A stretch of DNA of 64,000 bases from an uncultured delta proteobacterium (GTDB lineage Bacteria; Desulfobacterota; Binatia; UBA9968), in assembly GCA_963755715.1 (NCBI GenBank), contig CAVWLW010000014.1, forward strand, positions 29,759 through 93,758. The letters run 5' to 3'. Positions 19,037 to 29,748 of the stretch are shown here, piece by piece; positions within the stretch are counted from its first letter, which is position 1, and every line of letters starts with the position of its first letter. The notes under the pieces are model-generated. The model did no database searches and was not told the DNA's origin. It saw nothing but the letters and a program-made list of their open reading frames with translations. Made by a program: the position numbers and the translations under genes.

Positions 19037-21265
19037 ATGGCTGATCACAAAATCGTAGGCACCTCGGTGCCGCGCGGCGAAGGCGGTGGCAAAGTGAGCG
19101 GACAGACCGTCTATGCGGCCGACGTGAAGCTTTCCGGCTTACTGTGGGCGAAGATTCTGCGCAGCCCGCATCCGCATGCGCGCGTTCGGCGCGTGGATGT
19201 TTCGCGGGCCGAAAAAGTTCCGGGCGTATGCGCGATCATCACCGGCGCTGATGTCGAAGGTTTTCTTATTGGTAAACAGATTCGCGATATGCCGGTTTTG
19301 TGCTGGGACAAGGTCCGTTTCATCGGCGATCGGGTGGCGGCGGTGGCGGCCGAGACGGTCGATGCCGCCGAAGAGGCGATTCATTTGATTGAAGTCGATT
19401 ACGAGCTGTTGCCGGCGGTTTTCGATCCGCTCGAAGCGATGGCGCCGACTGCGCCAAAGCTTCATGACGACGTTGCCGATTACGATGGCGCGCCGAAAAA
19501 GCTTCTCGCCACCGATCTGCATAACGGTCTGACTCGGCTCCAATGGAAAAAAGGCGACGTCGAGAAAGGCTTTCGAGAGGCCGACCTCGTCTTGGAGCAT
19601 ACTTTTATTACTCCCGCGCGCCATCAAGGTTATCTCGAACCGCACGCGGCGACGGTGGCGATCGAGGCCGACGGGCGCATTCAAGTCTGGGCTTCGGTGA
19701 AAAATCCCTTCGGCGTGCGCAGCCAGCTTTCGAAGTGCTTATCTATCCCCGAGGAGCGCATTCGCATGAACCCGGTCAACGTCGGCGGCGAGTTCGGCGG
19801 CAAGGGCGACGGCGTCGATCTGCCGGTGCTGTACTTTCTGGCGCAAAAGGCGGGGAGGCCGGTGAAGATCGTGATGAGCTATGCCGAAGAATTATCAGCA
19901 AGCAATCCGGCGCATCCGACCGTGATTACGATCCGGACCGGCGTCATGCGCGACGGGACCATCGTTGCGCGCAAGATGCGCGCGGCACACGCGAGCGGCG
20001 GTTATGGCGCGCTCAAATCCAATAGCTCGCTTGCCACTTGGCACTATGCCGGTGGACAGTATCGAATCGATAACGCGGATATCGAGTTCCTGCAGATTTA
20101 TACCAACACGGTTCCAGGCGGTTATTATCGCAGCCCCGGTGCGGTGGCGACGGCGTTCGCGGTCGATTGTCATTCCGACATCCTGGCAAAAGAGCTCGGC
20201 ATGGACCCGGCCGAGTTTCGTCTGAAAAATTTTCTCGGCGAGGGCGAGGCGGACGCCGTGGGAGATAAGCTGCGCAACGTGCGTTTCCGCGAGGTGCTAC
20301 AAGGCGCTCTGGATGCCGCCGGTTGGACGAAAGCGAAAAAGCGCAATCACGGGCGCGGCATCGCCTTGTCGGGCCGTCATATCAGCGGCGGCGACACCGG
20401 GCTCGTGCTGAGCGCAGAGGCCGACGGCAGCTTTTCCATCGTCAGCCCGAGTATCGATCAAGGATCGGGCACGCACACAATCTTACGCCAGTTGGTTGCC
20501 GATCAGATGAAAGTGCCGGTCGAGCAAGTGCACGTAATCATCGGCGACACGGACAGTGCGCCGCGGGACGGCGGCATGAGAGCGAGCCGCATGACGTACG
20601 TCGCCGGCAACGCGATCATGCAAGCCTGTGAAAAACTGCGTCAACGCTTGCTCGATCAGGCGGGACGCATGTTGGAATGTCGGATGGACGAATTGGAGTT
20701 CTCCAACGGTAGATTTTCATTGCTGTCGGACCCGGGTCAGCAAGTGGCGCTGCGACGTGTGGTCGCCCAAACGAACGAACCTCTGGAAGTAACGGTTTAC
20801 GAGGATTATCCCTATCCGGAAGATATTTCTTACGTCTGCGCGCAAGTGGCCGAAGTCGAAGTCGACCCCGACACCGGCGCGGTGCGCGTTCATCGGGTAG
20901 TCAGCGCGCACGACGTCGGCACGATCATCAATCCGGTCGCGCACCAAGGTCAGATCGACGGCGCGACGATCATGGGTATGGGCCAGGGGATCATGGAAGA
21001 GCTGGTGATGGACGGCGGCCGGGTCACGAATAATAATTTGGGCGATTACAAGTTGCCATCGGTGAAAGACATCCCGGAACTGAGGACCGTGCTGGTGAAG
21101 TCTACCGGCGGCGTCGGTCCGCTCGATTCAAAACCCATCGGCGAGTTTGCCAACAATGCTCCGCCGGCGGCGATCGCCAATGCCATCGCCGACGCGGTCG
21201 GCGTGCGCCTATTCGAGTTGCCTGTGAAGGCGGAAAATATTTATCGGGCGTTGAAACAGAGGTAA
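19037..21265 (+). CDS. Xanthine dehydrogenase family molybdopterin-binding subunit
   Basis: 742 aa with GGEFGGK, AHDVGTIINP, GQIDG, KPIGE; paralog of 2707-4960. Confidence 0.93.
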   Translation: MADHKIVGTSVPRGEGGGKVSGQTVYAADVKLSGLLWAKILRSPHPHARVRRVDVSRAEKVPGVCAIITGADVEGFLIGKQIRDMPVLCWDKVRFIGDRVAAVAAETVDAAEEAIHLIEVDYELLPAVFDPLEAMAPTAPKLHDDVADYDGAPKKLLATDLHNGLTRLQWKKGDVEKGFREADLVLEHTFITPARHQGYLEPHAATVAIEADGRIQVWASVKNPFGVRSQLSKCLSIPEERIRMNPVNVGGEFGGKGDGVDLPVLYFLAQKAGRPVKIVMSYAEELSASNPAHPTVITIRTGVMRDGTIVARKMRAAHASGGYGALKSNSSLATWHYAGGQYRIDNADIEFLQIYTNTVPGGYYRSPGAVATAFAVDCHSDILAKELGMDPAEFRLKNFLGEGEADAVGDKLRNVRFREVLQGALDAAGWTKAKKRNHGRGIALSGRHISGGDTGLVLSAEADGSFSIVSPSIDQGSGTHTILRQLVADQMKVPVEQVHVIIGDTDSAPRDGGMRASRMTYVAGNAIMQACEKLRQRLLDQAGRMLECRMDELEFSNGRFSLLSDPGQQVALRRVVAQTNEPLEVTVYEDYPYPEDISYVCAQVAEVEVDPDTGAVRVHRVVSAHDVGTIINPVAHQGQIDGATIMGMGQGIMEELVMDGGRVTNNNLGDYKLPSVKDIPELRTVLVKSTGGVGPLDSKPIGEFANNAPPAAIANAIADAVGVRLFELPVKAENIYRALKQR

Positions 21266-21307
21266 GACGCTGACTGTTTACCGTGAAAATTTGCGTTCCG
21301 TGAGGTT

Positions 21308-22369
21308 TTGTTGATGTCGCTATTACCCTGGTTAATGATTGTTGTTTCCCTGATCGTGAGCTCACCGCTTTCGCTCTCGGCGCAAGCCAAGAAGCCTTCG
21401 ACTTTAAGTGAGCTCGTGACCTATACCGGCGCCGACCGCGAGCAGATTCTCGTCGGGGGCGCCAAGGCCGAAGGCAAAGTGGTTTGGTACACTTCCCTCG
21501 CGGGTAGCTCTTACAGAGAGTTGGCGCAAGGATTCGAAAAAAAATATCCGGGCATCAAAGTCGATGTTTACCGCGCGGCGAGCAATGAGCTCATGGCGAA
21601 AATCACCGCCGAAGCCAACGCGAGGCAATATCTGGTCGACACCATTGAAACGACTTTACCGTTACTCAAAAGTCTGCGTGAGGACGGACTCCTGGCGGTC
21701 TATCAATCTCCCCATCTCGCCAAATATCCGGCGCGCGCCAAGGAGAGCGCGGGAAACGGACTTTACTACTGGGGCGTCAACCGCGAGAGCTTCATCGGTG
21801 TTGGTTTCAATCCCAATCTGATTACGGCGAGCGCCGTGCCGAAGAATTTCGATGGCCTATTGAATCCGCAATTAAAAGGCAAAATGGGCATGACCACAAG
21901 CGAGACCGGTGTGCGAATGATGGGGGCGATGCTAAAATTTAAGGGCGAAGAGTTTGTCCGCAAGCTCAAAGCGCAAGATATCAGCCTGCAATCGATTTCC
22001 GGTCGCGCGATGGCGGACATGGCGATCTCGGGCGAAGTGCCGATCTCGCCGTCGATCTTTCGCGATCACGCCATGGAATCGAAGCTCAAGGGCGCGCCGA
22101 TCAACTGGGTGCCGATGGAAGCGGTGCCGACCAACGCGGGCGCCACCGCGATTATCTATCAAGCGCCGCATCCGCATGCGGCAGTGCTAATGGCGGATTT
22201 CATCTTGAGCCCGGAAGGACAAAAAATCCTGGAGGATTTGCAATTCGGCAGCCCGGCAAAAGACTTTGGCTTCAAGCGCTGGTATCCCGAGGCGGGACTC
22301 AACACGGACCAATACGACAAAGAAGCGACGAAGTGGCAGAAGGTGTTAAGGGAGCTCGGAAGAAAGTAA
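21308..22369 (+). CDS. Extracellular solute-binding protein
   Basis: Close paralog of 16853-17896 (EGKVVWYTSLAG, VPKNFDGLLNP, KDFGFKRWY). Confidence 0.9.
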   Translation: MLMSLLPWLMIVVSLIVSSPLSLSAQAKKPSTLSELVTYTGADREQILVGGAKAEGKVVWYTSLAGSSYRELAQGFEKKYPGIKVDVYRAASNELMAKITAEANARQYLVDTIETTLPLLKSLREDGLLAVYQSPHLAKYPARAKESAGNGLYYWGVNRESFIGVGFNPNLITASAVPKNFDGLLNPQLKGKMGMTTSETGVRMMGAMLKFKGEEFVRKLKAQDISLQSISGRAMADMAISGEVPISPSIFRDHAMESKLKGAPINWVPMEAVPTNAGATAIIYQAPHPHAAVLMADFILSPEGQKILEDLQFGSPAKDFGFKRWYPEAGLNTDQYDKEATKWQKVLRELGRK

Positions 22370-22370
22370 G

Positions 22371-22409
22371 GTTCAAAGCGTTGAAGCCGTTCAAATCGTT
22401 CAAGTCGTC
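22371..22409 (+). repeat. Nonamer-period repeat (GTTCAANNN family)
   Basis: GTTCAAAGCGTTGAAGCCGTTCAAATCGTTCAAGTCGTC; relatives at 46473, 47641, 54200, 54400 and 55596. Confidence 0.7.
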
Positions 22410-22523
22410 GGAAAATTGGGCGGTGGTTCGGTTTGGGAAAGATCTCTCACGGAGTTTGCCCTGAGCATCTGTATCGAAGGGTTCGAGATGACAAAATGCA
22501 TATTTAGTTGTCATTCCGGGCGG

Positions 22524-22656
22524 CAGACTGTGTGAAAACACCGTTCATGGTTCGACTAGGCTCACCACGAACGGTGTAGTCTCATTAGAAATAGAGTACT
22601 TATCCGTTCGCCCTGAGCATCGTCGAAGGGCTCCGAGAGAGTTTTCACACAGTCTG
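22524..22656. mobile_element. 133-bp MITE with 16-bp perfect TIRs (IS1182-like ends) and a 4-bp TSD
   Basis: CAGACTGTGTGAAAAC...GTTTTCACACAGTCTG flanked by GCGG on both sides (22520-22523 and 22657-22660). Confidence 0.82.
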
Positions 22657-22750
22657 GCGGAGCGAGGAATCGTTCTCGATGTTAAGCCTCATGGCTGATT
22701 CCGAAAATTGATCAAAAGGGCGAAGCATGCTGCGCTCTTTGGTCAATTTC

Positions 22751-23909
22751 TTACGCCGGTACCAGTTCCGGCTCGACCGGATAGTTCGATAATATCTCAG
22801 CGCCGTCGGCTGTGACTCGGAGTAAGTGTTCGAGCTTCACCGGATAGTGGTTGATCTCGAGGGCGACGATCATGTTTTCTTCGAGCGAGATCATGTATTT
22901 TTCCGGATCGCCGCCGCGGAGCCACGGCGATTCGTAAATGCACAAGCCGACGCCGTGGAAACCATCAAAGCCGGGCAGTCGCGCCGCCGCGCCTTTGCCG
23001 AAATGGCGAAACGCTTCCGTGCACGGACCCGGCTTGACGAGTCTCAACGCTTCTTGCAACGAATGATAGGCTTCTTTGTAGCGCTGTTTGGTTTCAGCAG
23101 TGGGCGTGCCGTGGCTGAACGTGCGCGCGAAGTCGCTGTAGTAGCCGCCGGGCCCGGCGACCGTGGCATCGCAGATCACCAAGTCGCCGTCCTTTACCAC
23201 AAGATCGGTGCCCATCGGTTCGTTGTGCGGTCGCTTGTCGGCAAGCGAGGAATCGTAGATCGAAATAAACTCGCTGCCCGCTTCGAATCCCTGATCCATC
23301 AGATAGTCGAGCATGATTCGGCTTAGTCTGTCCTCCGGCGGGTTCGACTCACGCAAGGCTTGACGCACCAGATCATAGCCGCGCTCCTTCGCTTTCGTCG
23401 TCCAACGAATGAGCTGCAATTCATCGGCGCGTTTTCACTACACGGGCTTGATTGATCGCCGGCCAGCCGTCGACGAGTTGAATGCCTTTTGCTTTCAAAC
23501 CGTCGACCGCGGTTAAATTTAGAAAATCCACGCCGACACGCTCGCCGGCTGCGCCCAGTTGCTTCAGACCCGTGATCGCTTGATCGACAAAATCTTCGGT
23601 CGCGATCGCCGGACGCATGGCGAACATGTAAGCGTCGAAGCGCAGGCTGCGATAATGGCTCTTGCGCGACAACTCGCGTTGACAAATCAGCGGCTCTCCT
23701 GCGACCGGCACGAGGACGAAGCGCTGGATGCCCGTTGCGCGCAGCCCGAGCATCATAACCGTATCGGTCGCATAGCGAATATTCAAAAAATCGGTGAGCA
23801 GGAGCGCGCCGAGCCCTTCGTGCTTCATCGCCGCTTGCAATCGATTGAGCCGGTCGCTGTTCAACCGCTCCATATCGACGCCGAACGGCGTCAGGTCCGT
23901 GTGAAACAT
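22751..23909 (-). CDS. M24 (Xaa-Pro aminopeptidase-like) metallopeptidase family protein (frameshift near 23425)
   Basis: Creatinase-like N-domain (RLNRLQAAMK...NIRYAT), GYYSDFART, HGVGLCIYESP, ALE, LEH. Confidence 0.85.
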
Positions 23910-24021
23910 GATTCCTCCTGTTGTCGAGTCAAGTCCTCGCGTACTGCCAATCGGGATGGGAGTCAAGGCTGTCTATTCCCGTCGCGCCTCGACTTGTCTT
24001 TCTAGACCAACTTGGTAAGTA

Positions 24022-25660
24022 ATGAGTCGAGTAGAAATTATGGATAACACATTGCAGGAAATTCTCACCTTGGTCGAGAAGGGCACGGTCGAGCAGCGCT
24101 GCGCGGCACTGCTCGTTCTTGGCGCGGTAAAGGCCAATAGCGCGCCGGTGGTGAAGCTGGTTGGAACTTTGCTCGATCATGCAAATCCGGTGGTTAAAGA
24201 TTACGCGCTGCGCTACTTCGAAGAAGTCCAGCCCAAAAATAACATCGCGCAGTTGCTCAAAATGCTCGACGACTCGGATAAAGAGATCCAGGAGCGCGCG
24301 GTGCGGTCGCTGAGCGCAGCGGGGCAATCGGCCGTGCAGCCACTGCTTCAGAGCCTTGCCGGCGGCTCGCGCGTCTGGCAACTCAACGCCGCGCGGGTGT
24401 TATGCCATGCGCGCGGCAAAGGAGCGATGAAAGGGCTGTTGCAGCTGCTCGCCGACGGCACCGATGAGACAAATCGGGTTGTCTGCGATCTCCTGACGCC
24501 GGCGCTGCGAGAGATGGACGCTAAGGAACAGGAGGCGTTTTATGACGAGGTCGAAGCCTTCGCCGCCAAGCTCAACGTAAAGCAGCAGCGGCCGGCGCTG
24601 GTTTCGACGATGCGTCTCTTGGGTCAGCTCGGCCGCCCGCAGGCGCGGCGCTGGCTGTTCAAATTCATCGGCGCCGAACATCATCCGGCCGTGCGGGCGC
24701 ACGCGCTGGTGGCGCTGCTGCGCTGCCTGCGTGAACAGGACATCCGCAAAGATGAATATACGAAACTATTGCCGATCCTCGAGGAGGCGGAGTTCAGCGA
24801 AGCGACGCGGCTGGTAGTTGAATTGCTCGAGGCGCACGGCTTGCCGGAGGACTCCCGCGCATTGCTCGCCAAACTGATGCAAAGCCCGCACACGGATCTG
24901 CAGAAATTTGCCCTCAGAAAGATGGGCGATATCGGCACGCCCGCTACGGTGCGCACGTTGGTCGAGCAGTTGGGCGATGCCGATTATCGCAGGCGTGATG
25001 TCGCCGCAAGCTCGCTGCGCAAAATTCCCGACGCGCGCGCCGCATTGATTAAAGAACTGTCAACTTGCGCAGACGCGAGCAAAGCCTGGAGCATCGCCGA
25101 GCTGCTGCCTTCGTTCGAAGGAAAATGGCGTCAGGATACCTTGGACGGATTATGGCAAAGGCTAAAAGACGCCATCGATAATGAAGAGCGCATTCAGACC
25201 GCTTTTCTCCACGTGTTGAAGCAGGCGGATCCGGCGTATGTCTACCAGCACCTGGCGGAGCAAGGCGCCAAGCTGGTTAAGGCGAAAAAGTATAAAGAGG
25301 CGGTAGGTTTTTTGACACCGCTCAAAGATTTCCCTGAGTTCAAACCGGAAAATAAATTTCAGCTCGCTGCGGTGCAGCTCAAACTGCACGTGCACACGGT
25401 GGCAAGCCACAAAAATCATCCCGCGGTGGAGCTGATCGCCGATCTTTGCCGCAATAGCGCCTATCCGGTGTTCGAAGCGTTGAGGAAAGAAAAAACCCTC
25501 GCGCCGGAAGACCTCTTCGCGCTCGGCTTCAGCATGGCCGAGCGAAGCGGGCAAGAGCGCGGCCTCGGCATCGACTCTGCTCGAACACATCGCGGAGAAA
25601 TTTCCGCGCAATAAGATCGGCAAAAGCGCCAAGAATAAACTCAAGCTCGCCGGCGTTTAA
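24022..25660 (+). CDS. HEAT-repeat protein (C-terminal frameshift)
   Basis: Helical repeats (LLDHANPVVKDYAL, LGDADYRRRDVAASSL). The alternative frame ends ...GKSAKNKLKLAGV*. Confidence 0.75.
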
Positions 25661-25818
25661 ACTGCTTTGCGCTTGACCTGAAACGCGGGCTTCGCAAGCT
25701 GTGCAGTCCGCCGAGTTCTTTCCTTCCAAATCAAGCGGGGTTGCGTCCAGTGTGCCCGCGCGCAAAATTGATCGTTAGCATTCTACGAGCCCGGTCCACA
25801 TCGGACTGGATTTACTCA

Positions 25819-25847
25819 TTGACAGGCAAGCACGAGTTCGCTACCGT
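25819..25847 (+). promoter_or_regulatory. Putative sigma70 promoter
   Basis: TTGACA-N17-TACCGT upstream of 25942. Confidence 0.5.
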
Positions 25848-25941
25848 TTGCTTCGATTCGGCAAACCAGCACGGGTTACAAGAAAAATCCGGTTTTAGAA
25901 TTACGGTGGTTTGATTCCAACTTAGTTCTTGGAGGTGGGTC

Positions 25942-27833
25942 ATGAGCAAAGATAGTTTCGATCGGCGGGCCTTTTTGAAAGGCGCCGCGGCCACGGCGGC
26001 GGCGGTCATCGGAACGCAAGTGGCGGCGACAAACTCACCGGCGCAAGGCGCCGAGTCTAACGGGGAGCCCAAAGATGGCGCGCAAACCAGAGACAAGATC
26101 ATTGGCCGGCCGGGTTCCGATTATATGGTCGACGTGATCAAAGCGACCGGCATGGAATATATCGCGTCGAATCCGGGATCGAGCTTTCGCAGCCTGCAAG
26201 AATCCATCATCAATTATGGCGGCAATAAGAAACCCGAGTTCCTCACCTGCACCCATGAGGAATCTTCGGTGGCGATGGCGCATGGTTATGCCAAGGCGTC
26301 GGGAAAGCCGATGGGTATCCTGGCGCACGGCACCGTCGGTCTGCAACACGCGACGATGGCGGTCTACAACGCCTGGTGCGATCGGGTTCCGGTGATGATG
26401 TTCGCTGGTAATTTCCTAGATGCCAACACGCGGCGACCCGGTGTCGAGTGGTATCACTGCGTGCAAGATCCGGCGGCGATCCATCGCGATTTCACCAAGT
26501 GGGACGACCAGCCGGTATCGTTGCAGCATTTCGCCGAGTCGGTGATGCGCGCTTATAAGATCGCTACCACACCGCCGATGGGACCGGTGCTGATCACCGC
26601 CGATGGCGATTTAGCGGAACAGCCGGTGCAAGACGAAAAAAAACTAAGCGCATGCCCAAGCTCACCATGTCCATCCCGCCGCAGGGCGACAGCGGTGCGG
26701 TGACGGAAGCTGCAAAGTTGTTGGTGGCGGCGCAAAATCCGGTGATCTTGGCCGATCGCGCGTGCCGTTCGCAGGAGGGCATGAAACGCATCGTCGAATT
26801 AGCGGAGGCATTAAACGCTCCGGTGGCGGACATCGGCGGGCGGATGAATTTTCCCACGAGTCACTATCTCTGCCGCAGCTTGGACAAACGTTCACTGGTC
26901 GGGCAGGCCGATGTCGTGCTCATGCTCGAGGTCGCTGATCCCTGGGGACAGTTTAATACCATCAGCGACCCGCACCACGAATATCGCCGCTTGTCCAAAC
27001 CGGATGTCAAAATCATTCACATTTCTCTCGGCGATACTCTGACGAAAGCGAATTACCAAGATATGCAGCGGTTTATGCCGGTGGATCTGGCGATCTCCGG
27101 CGATGCGCAGGCGACACTGCCGGCATTGATCGAGGCGGTAAAGAGCGCCGTGGGTATGTCCCAGCGCGCCGCGATAGCCGAGCGCGCGACCAAACTGCGC
27201 GAAGACCATCGCCGCATGAAGGACCGGGCGCGTGCGGAGGCGAGCCCGGGCTGGGATGCGACGCCGTGCAGCACCGCGCGCACGTCCGCACAGTTATACA
27301 ACGCGATCAAGAACGAAAAATGGTGCGTTGCCGTTTCCAGCATGCAATGGAACAAAAACCTATGGCCGGCGACGGAATATTATAATTTTATCGGTGGGTC
27401 CGGCGGCGCCGGTCAGGGCTACGGAGCTCCAGCTGCCGTCGGCGCGGCACTCGCCAATCGTGACAAGGGCATCATCACCGTCTCCATCGAGGGTGATGGG
27501 GATTTGATGTACGCGCCGGGCTCGCTTTGGACCGCGGCGCACCACAAAATTCCGTTGCTGATGATCGTGCACAATAACCGCGCTTATCATCAGGAAGTGA
27601 TGCATCTGCAAAAGATGGCGAGCCTGCACAATCGCCGCATGGATACGGCGGCGATCGGTACCACGATCGAAAATCCCAATATCGATTTCGCCAAGCTGGC
27701 GCAATCGATGGGCCTATTCGCGGAGGGGCCGATCAATGATCCGGCAGCGATCGGACCGGCGCTGTCGCGCGCGCTCGCAGTGGTGAAGCGCGGCGAGCCG
27801 GCGCTTGTTGACATCGTGTCGCAAGGACGCTGA
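25942..27833 (+). CDS. TPP-dependent enzyme with twin-arginine (Tat) signal-like N-terminus (frameshift near 26650)
   Basis: SFDRRAFLKGAAATAAAV, CTHEESSVAMAHGY, GDGDLMY...NN. Confidence 0.9.
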
Positions 27834-27845
27834 AGAGGAGTTGGG

Positions 27846-28202
27846 ATGCGTACTTTAATTTCAACGGTGCTGTTGTTCATGATTACGTCCATTGGGCTTG
27901 CGCAGGAAACGCCGCCGGCAGGCTCGGCGGAGCGCGGCCATCAGACCTTCATGAAGTACATGTGCTACACCTGTCACGGCACACTTGGTCAGGGTGCTGA
28001 CCGCGGCACCGGCCCGAAGTTGGCGCCGGGCTCGCTGCCTTACCCGGCGTTTGCGCTCCAGGTGCGCACGCCCCGCCTCGATATGCCGGCGTACCGCAAG
28101 GAATTCGTCAGCGATCAGGAGTTGGCGGATATCTATGCATATCTTTTGACCGTCAAGCCGTCACCTGCGGCGAAGGATATTCCGTTGCTGAAATTTGACT
28201 GA
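27846..28202 (+). CDS. Cytochrome c (monoheme)
   Basis: Signal peptide, CYTCH heme motif, distal MP, ELADIYAYL. Confidence 0.9.
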   Translation: MRTLISTVLLFMITSIGLAQETPPAGSAERGHQTFMKYMCYTCHGTLGQGADRGTGPKLAPGSLPYPAFALQVRTPRLDMPAYRKEFVSDQELADIYAYLLTVKPSPAAKDIPLLKFD

Positions 28203-28235
28203 TCGATTATCAGACGCATCACGCGCGGATAAGAG

Positions 28236-28271
28236 AAGGCCCGATCTGTGATCCAGGTTGGGCCTTTTTTT
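28236..28271 (+). terminator. Rho-independent terminator
   Basis: AAGGCCCGATCTG...CAGGTTGGGCCTT followed by a T run. Confidence 0.75.
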
Positions 28272-28305
28272 GCTGCTTATAGATGATGAGGAGTAAGGTC
28301 GGGAT

Positions 28306-28620
28306 ATGAAGATTATCGCATTCTATGCGTTAGCAGCCGCGCTGTACGTGACCGGCGGCACATTCATGAAATATTCCCAGGGACTGACGCGTTTATCTCC
28401 GACATTGGCGCTCGTGACAGTTTTCAGCGCCGGTGCCTTGATTCAAGCATGGGCGATGAAGCATGAAGCACTGGGTTCGAGTTACGCGGTAGTGCTCGGC
28501 CTAGAAGCGCTGCTCGCAGTCGTTGCGGGCAGTATAATTTTTTCTGAAGAGGTAACTATGAGGATACTCTGCGGTGTGACGCTCGTCGTGCTCGGAATCG
28601 TCGTACTGCGATTGAATTAG
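28306..28620 (+). CDS. SMR/DMT family small membrane transporter
   Basis: 104 aa, 4 TM segments, MKYSQGLTRL, SYAV..G pattern. Confidence 0.8.
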   Translation: MKIIAFYALAAALYVTGGTFMKYSQGLTRLSPTLALVTVFSAGALIQAWAMKHEALGSSYAVVLGLEALLAVVAGSIIFSEEVTMRILCGVTLVVLGIVVLRLN

Positions 28621-28657
28621 ACGCAGCTTGCTTGCTGGCTTGTTTCACCGAACCGAT

Positions 28658-29494
28658 CTATAGTCCCGTCGTTAATTCCCACCAGTTTTTATCCAAATCG
28701 CTGAAAGTAAAATTCATTTTGCCGTTTGCGCTTTCCAGTTTGCCGACTTCGGTGATCTCGAGCGTCTCTCCTTGCTCGGTGAATTCCCGGTGGGCGTGTT
28801 CGACATCCGCCGTCGACGCCATCTGCAGCGTGAATCGGTTCACCGGAGCGAGGTATTGCCGTGGACTTCGCTGCAACACGACGATGTACCACGGGCTCGA
28901 AGGATGCTTGATGTATTGCGCCGTGTTGAAACCGGCGGCGATCTCCAAGCCCAACACTTCGACATAAAAGCGACGGCTTCTCTCGACGTTATCGCATTGC
29001 AAGGTGCCGTGGGTAAAAGCCTGCGGCAGATAACCGCGGCCGGGAAAGCGATCGACGGTTAAAGGATTCTCCCAGTGGCCGGCGGTGTGCGAGCGGCCGT
29101 GCAATGCGCCGCCGGGATTGTAATATTCGATCTCGAGGTGGTTGCCGCCCGGCTCGCGAAAATAGATCGAGTACGCAAAGTGCGCGCTCTGCGGTTTAGT
29201 GATTTTGCTGAGGCGATATTTGTCTTTGTGAGCCTCGATGTATTTCCACGCGGCTTCGACTTCTTCATGCGTGCCGACGCGAAAGCCGTAGTGGTTGTCG
29301 AAGGTTTTCTCCGGCGCGTTGGGCCCGCCCTCGTGCATGATCAGGCGCCAATCCGTGTTCGGATGTTTGAGCGTTGCTTCGCCGGCTTTTCGTTCGACGA
29401 CTTCCATGGCCAGGAGCTCGGTGAAAACCGGCAACGTGTCGTCGAGTGAGCGGCACTCATAATGTCCGGCAACGAGGCCTGTGGTTTTTAGCAT
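28658..29494 (-). CDS. Two-domain VOC family protein
   Basis: HYGFRV, SIYFREPGGNHLEIE, THGTL, FSDLDKNWWEL. Confidence 0.85.
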   Translation of the reverse strand: MLKTTGLVAGHYECRSLDDTLPVFTELLAMEVVERKAGEATLKHPNTDWRLIMHEGGPNAPEKTFDNHYGFRVGTHEEVEAAWKYIEAHKDKYRLSKITKPQSAHFAYSIYFREPGGNHLEIEYYNPGGALHGRSHTAGHWENPLTVDRFPGRGYLPQAFTHGTLQCDNVERSRRFYVEVLGLEIAAGFNTAQYIKHPSSPWYIVVLQRSPRQYLAPVNRFTLQMASTADVEHAHREFTEQGETLEITEVGKLESANGKMNFTFSDLDKNWWELTTGL

Positions 29495-29578
29495 GTTTCA
29501 CTCCTGAAATGCGTGAATATCCCTGGCATAAAACTACTTATCGTAAGCGGCCGGTGCAAGAGCCTTTCAAACACTGGC

Positions 29579-29725
29579 TTTGAGCGCACCCCGAATGTTT
29601 TAATCGGGGGCCATTTCGAAATTCGCCTGGATTCCCGCTAAAAACATGCGGGAATGACGATTCTGGGAGAGCTACCCACCACTGCTATGCCACAAGCTGC
29701 AGGAATTGACCCCAGAGAGATTAAA
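29579..29725. repeat. Intergenic palindromic repeat cluster (GGATTCCCGC...GCGGGAATGAC family)
   Basis: CCCCGAATGTTTTAATCGGGG and ATTCCCGCTAAAACATGCGGGAAT hairpins. Confidence 0.5.
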
Positions 29726-29748
29726 ATTTCTGATCGGCTCGGCGCTAC

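Noticed and set aside
23419-23423. TGA in the M24 peptidase as possible Sec
   Set aside because: Homology resumes in a different frame (KTADELQLIRW), so this is an indel, not read-through.
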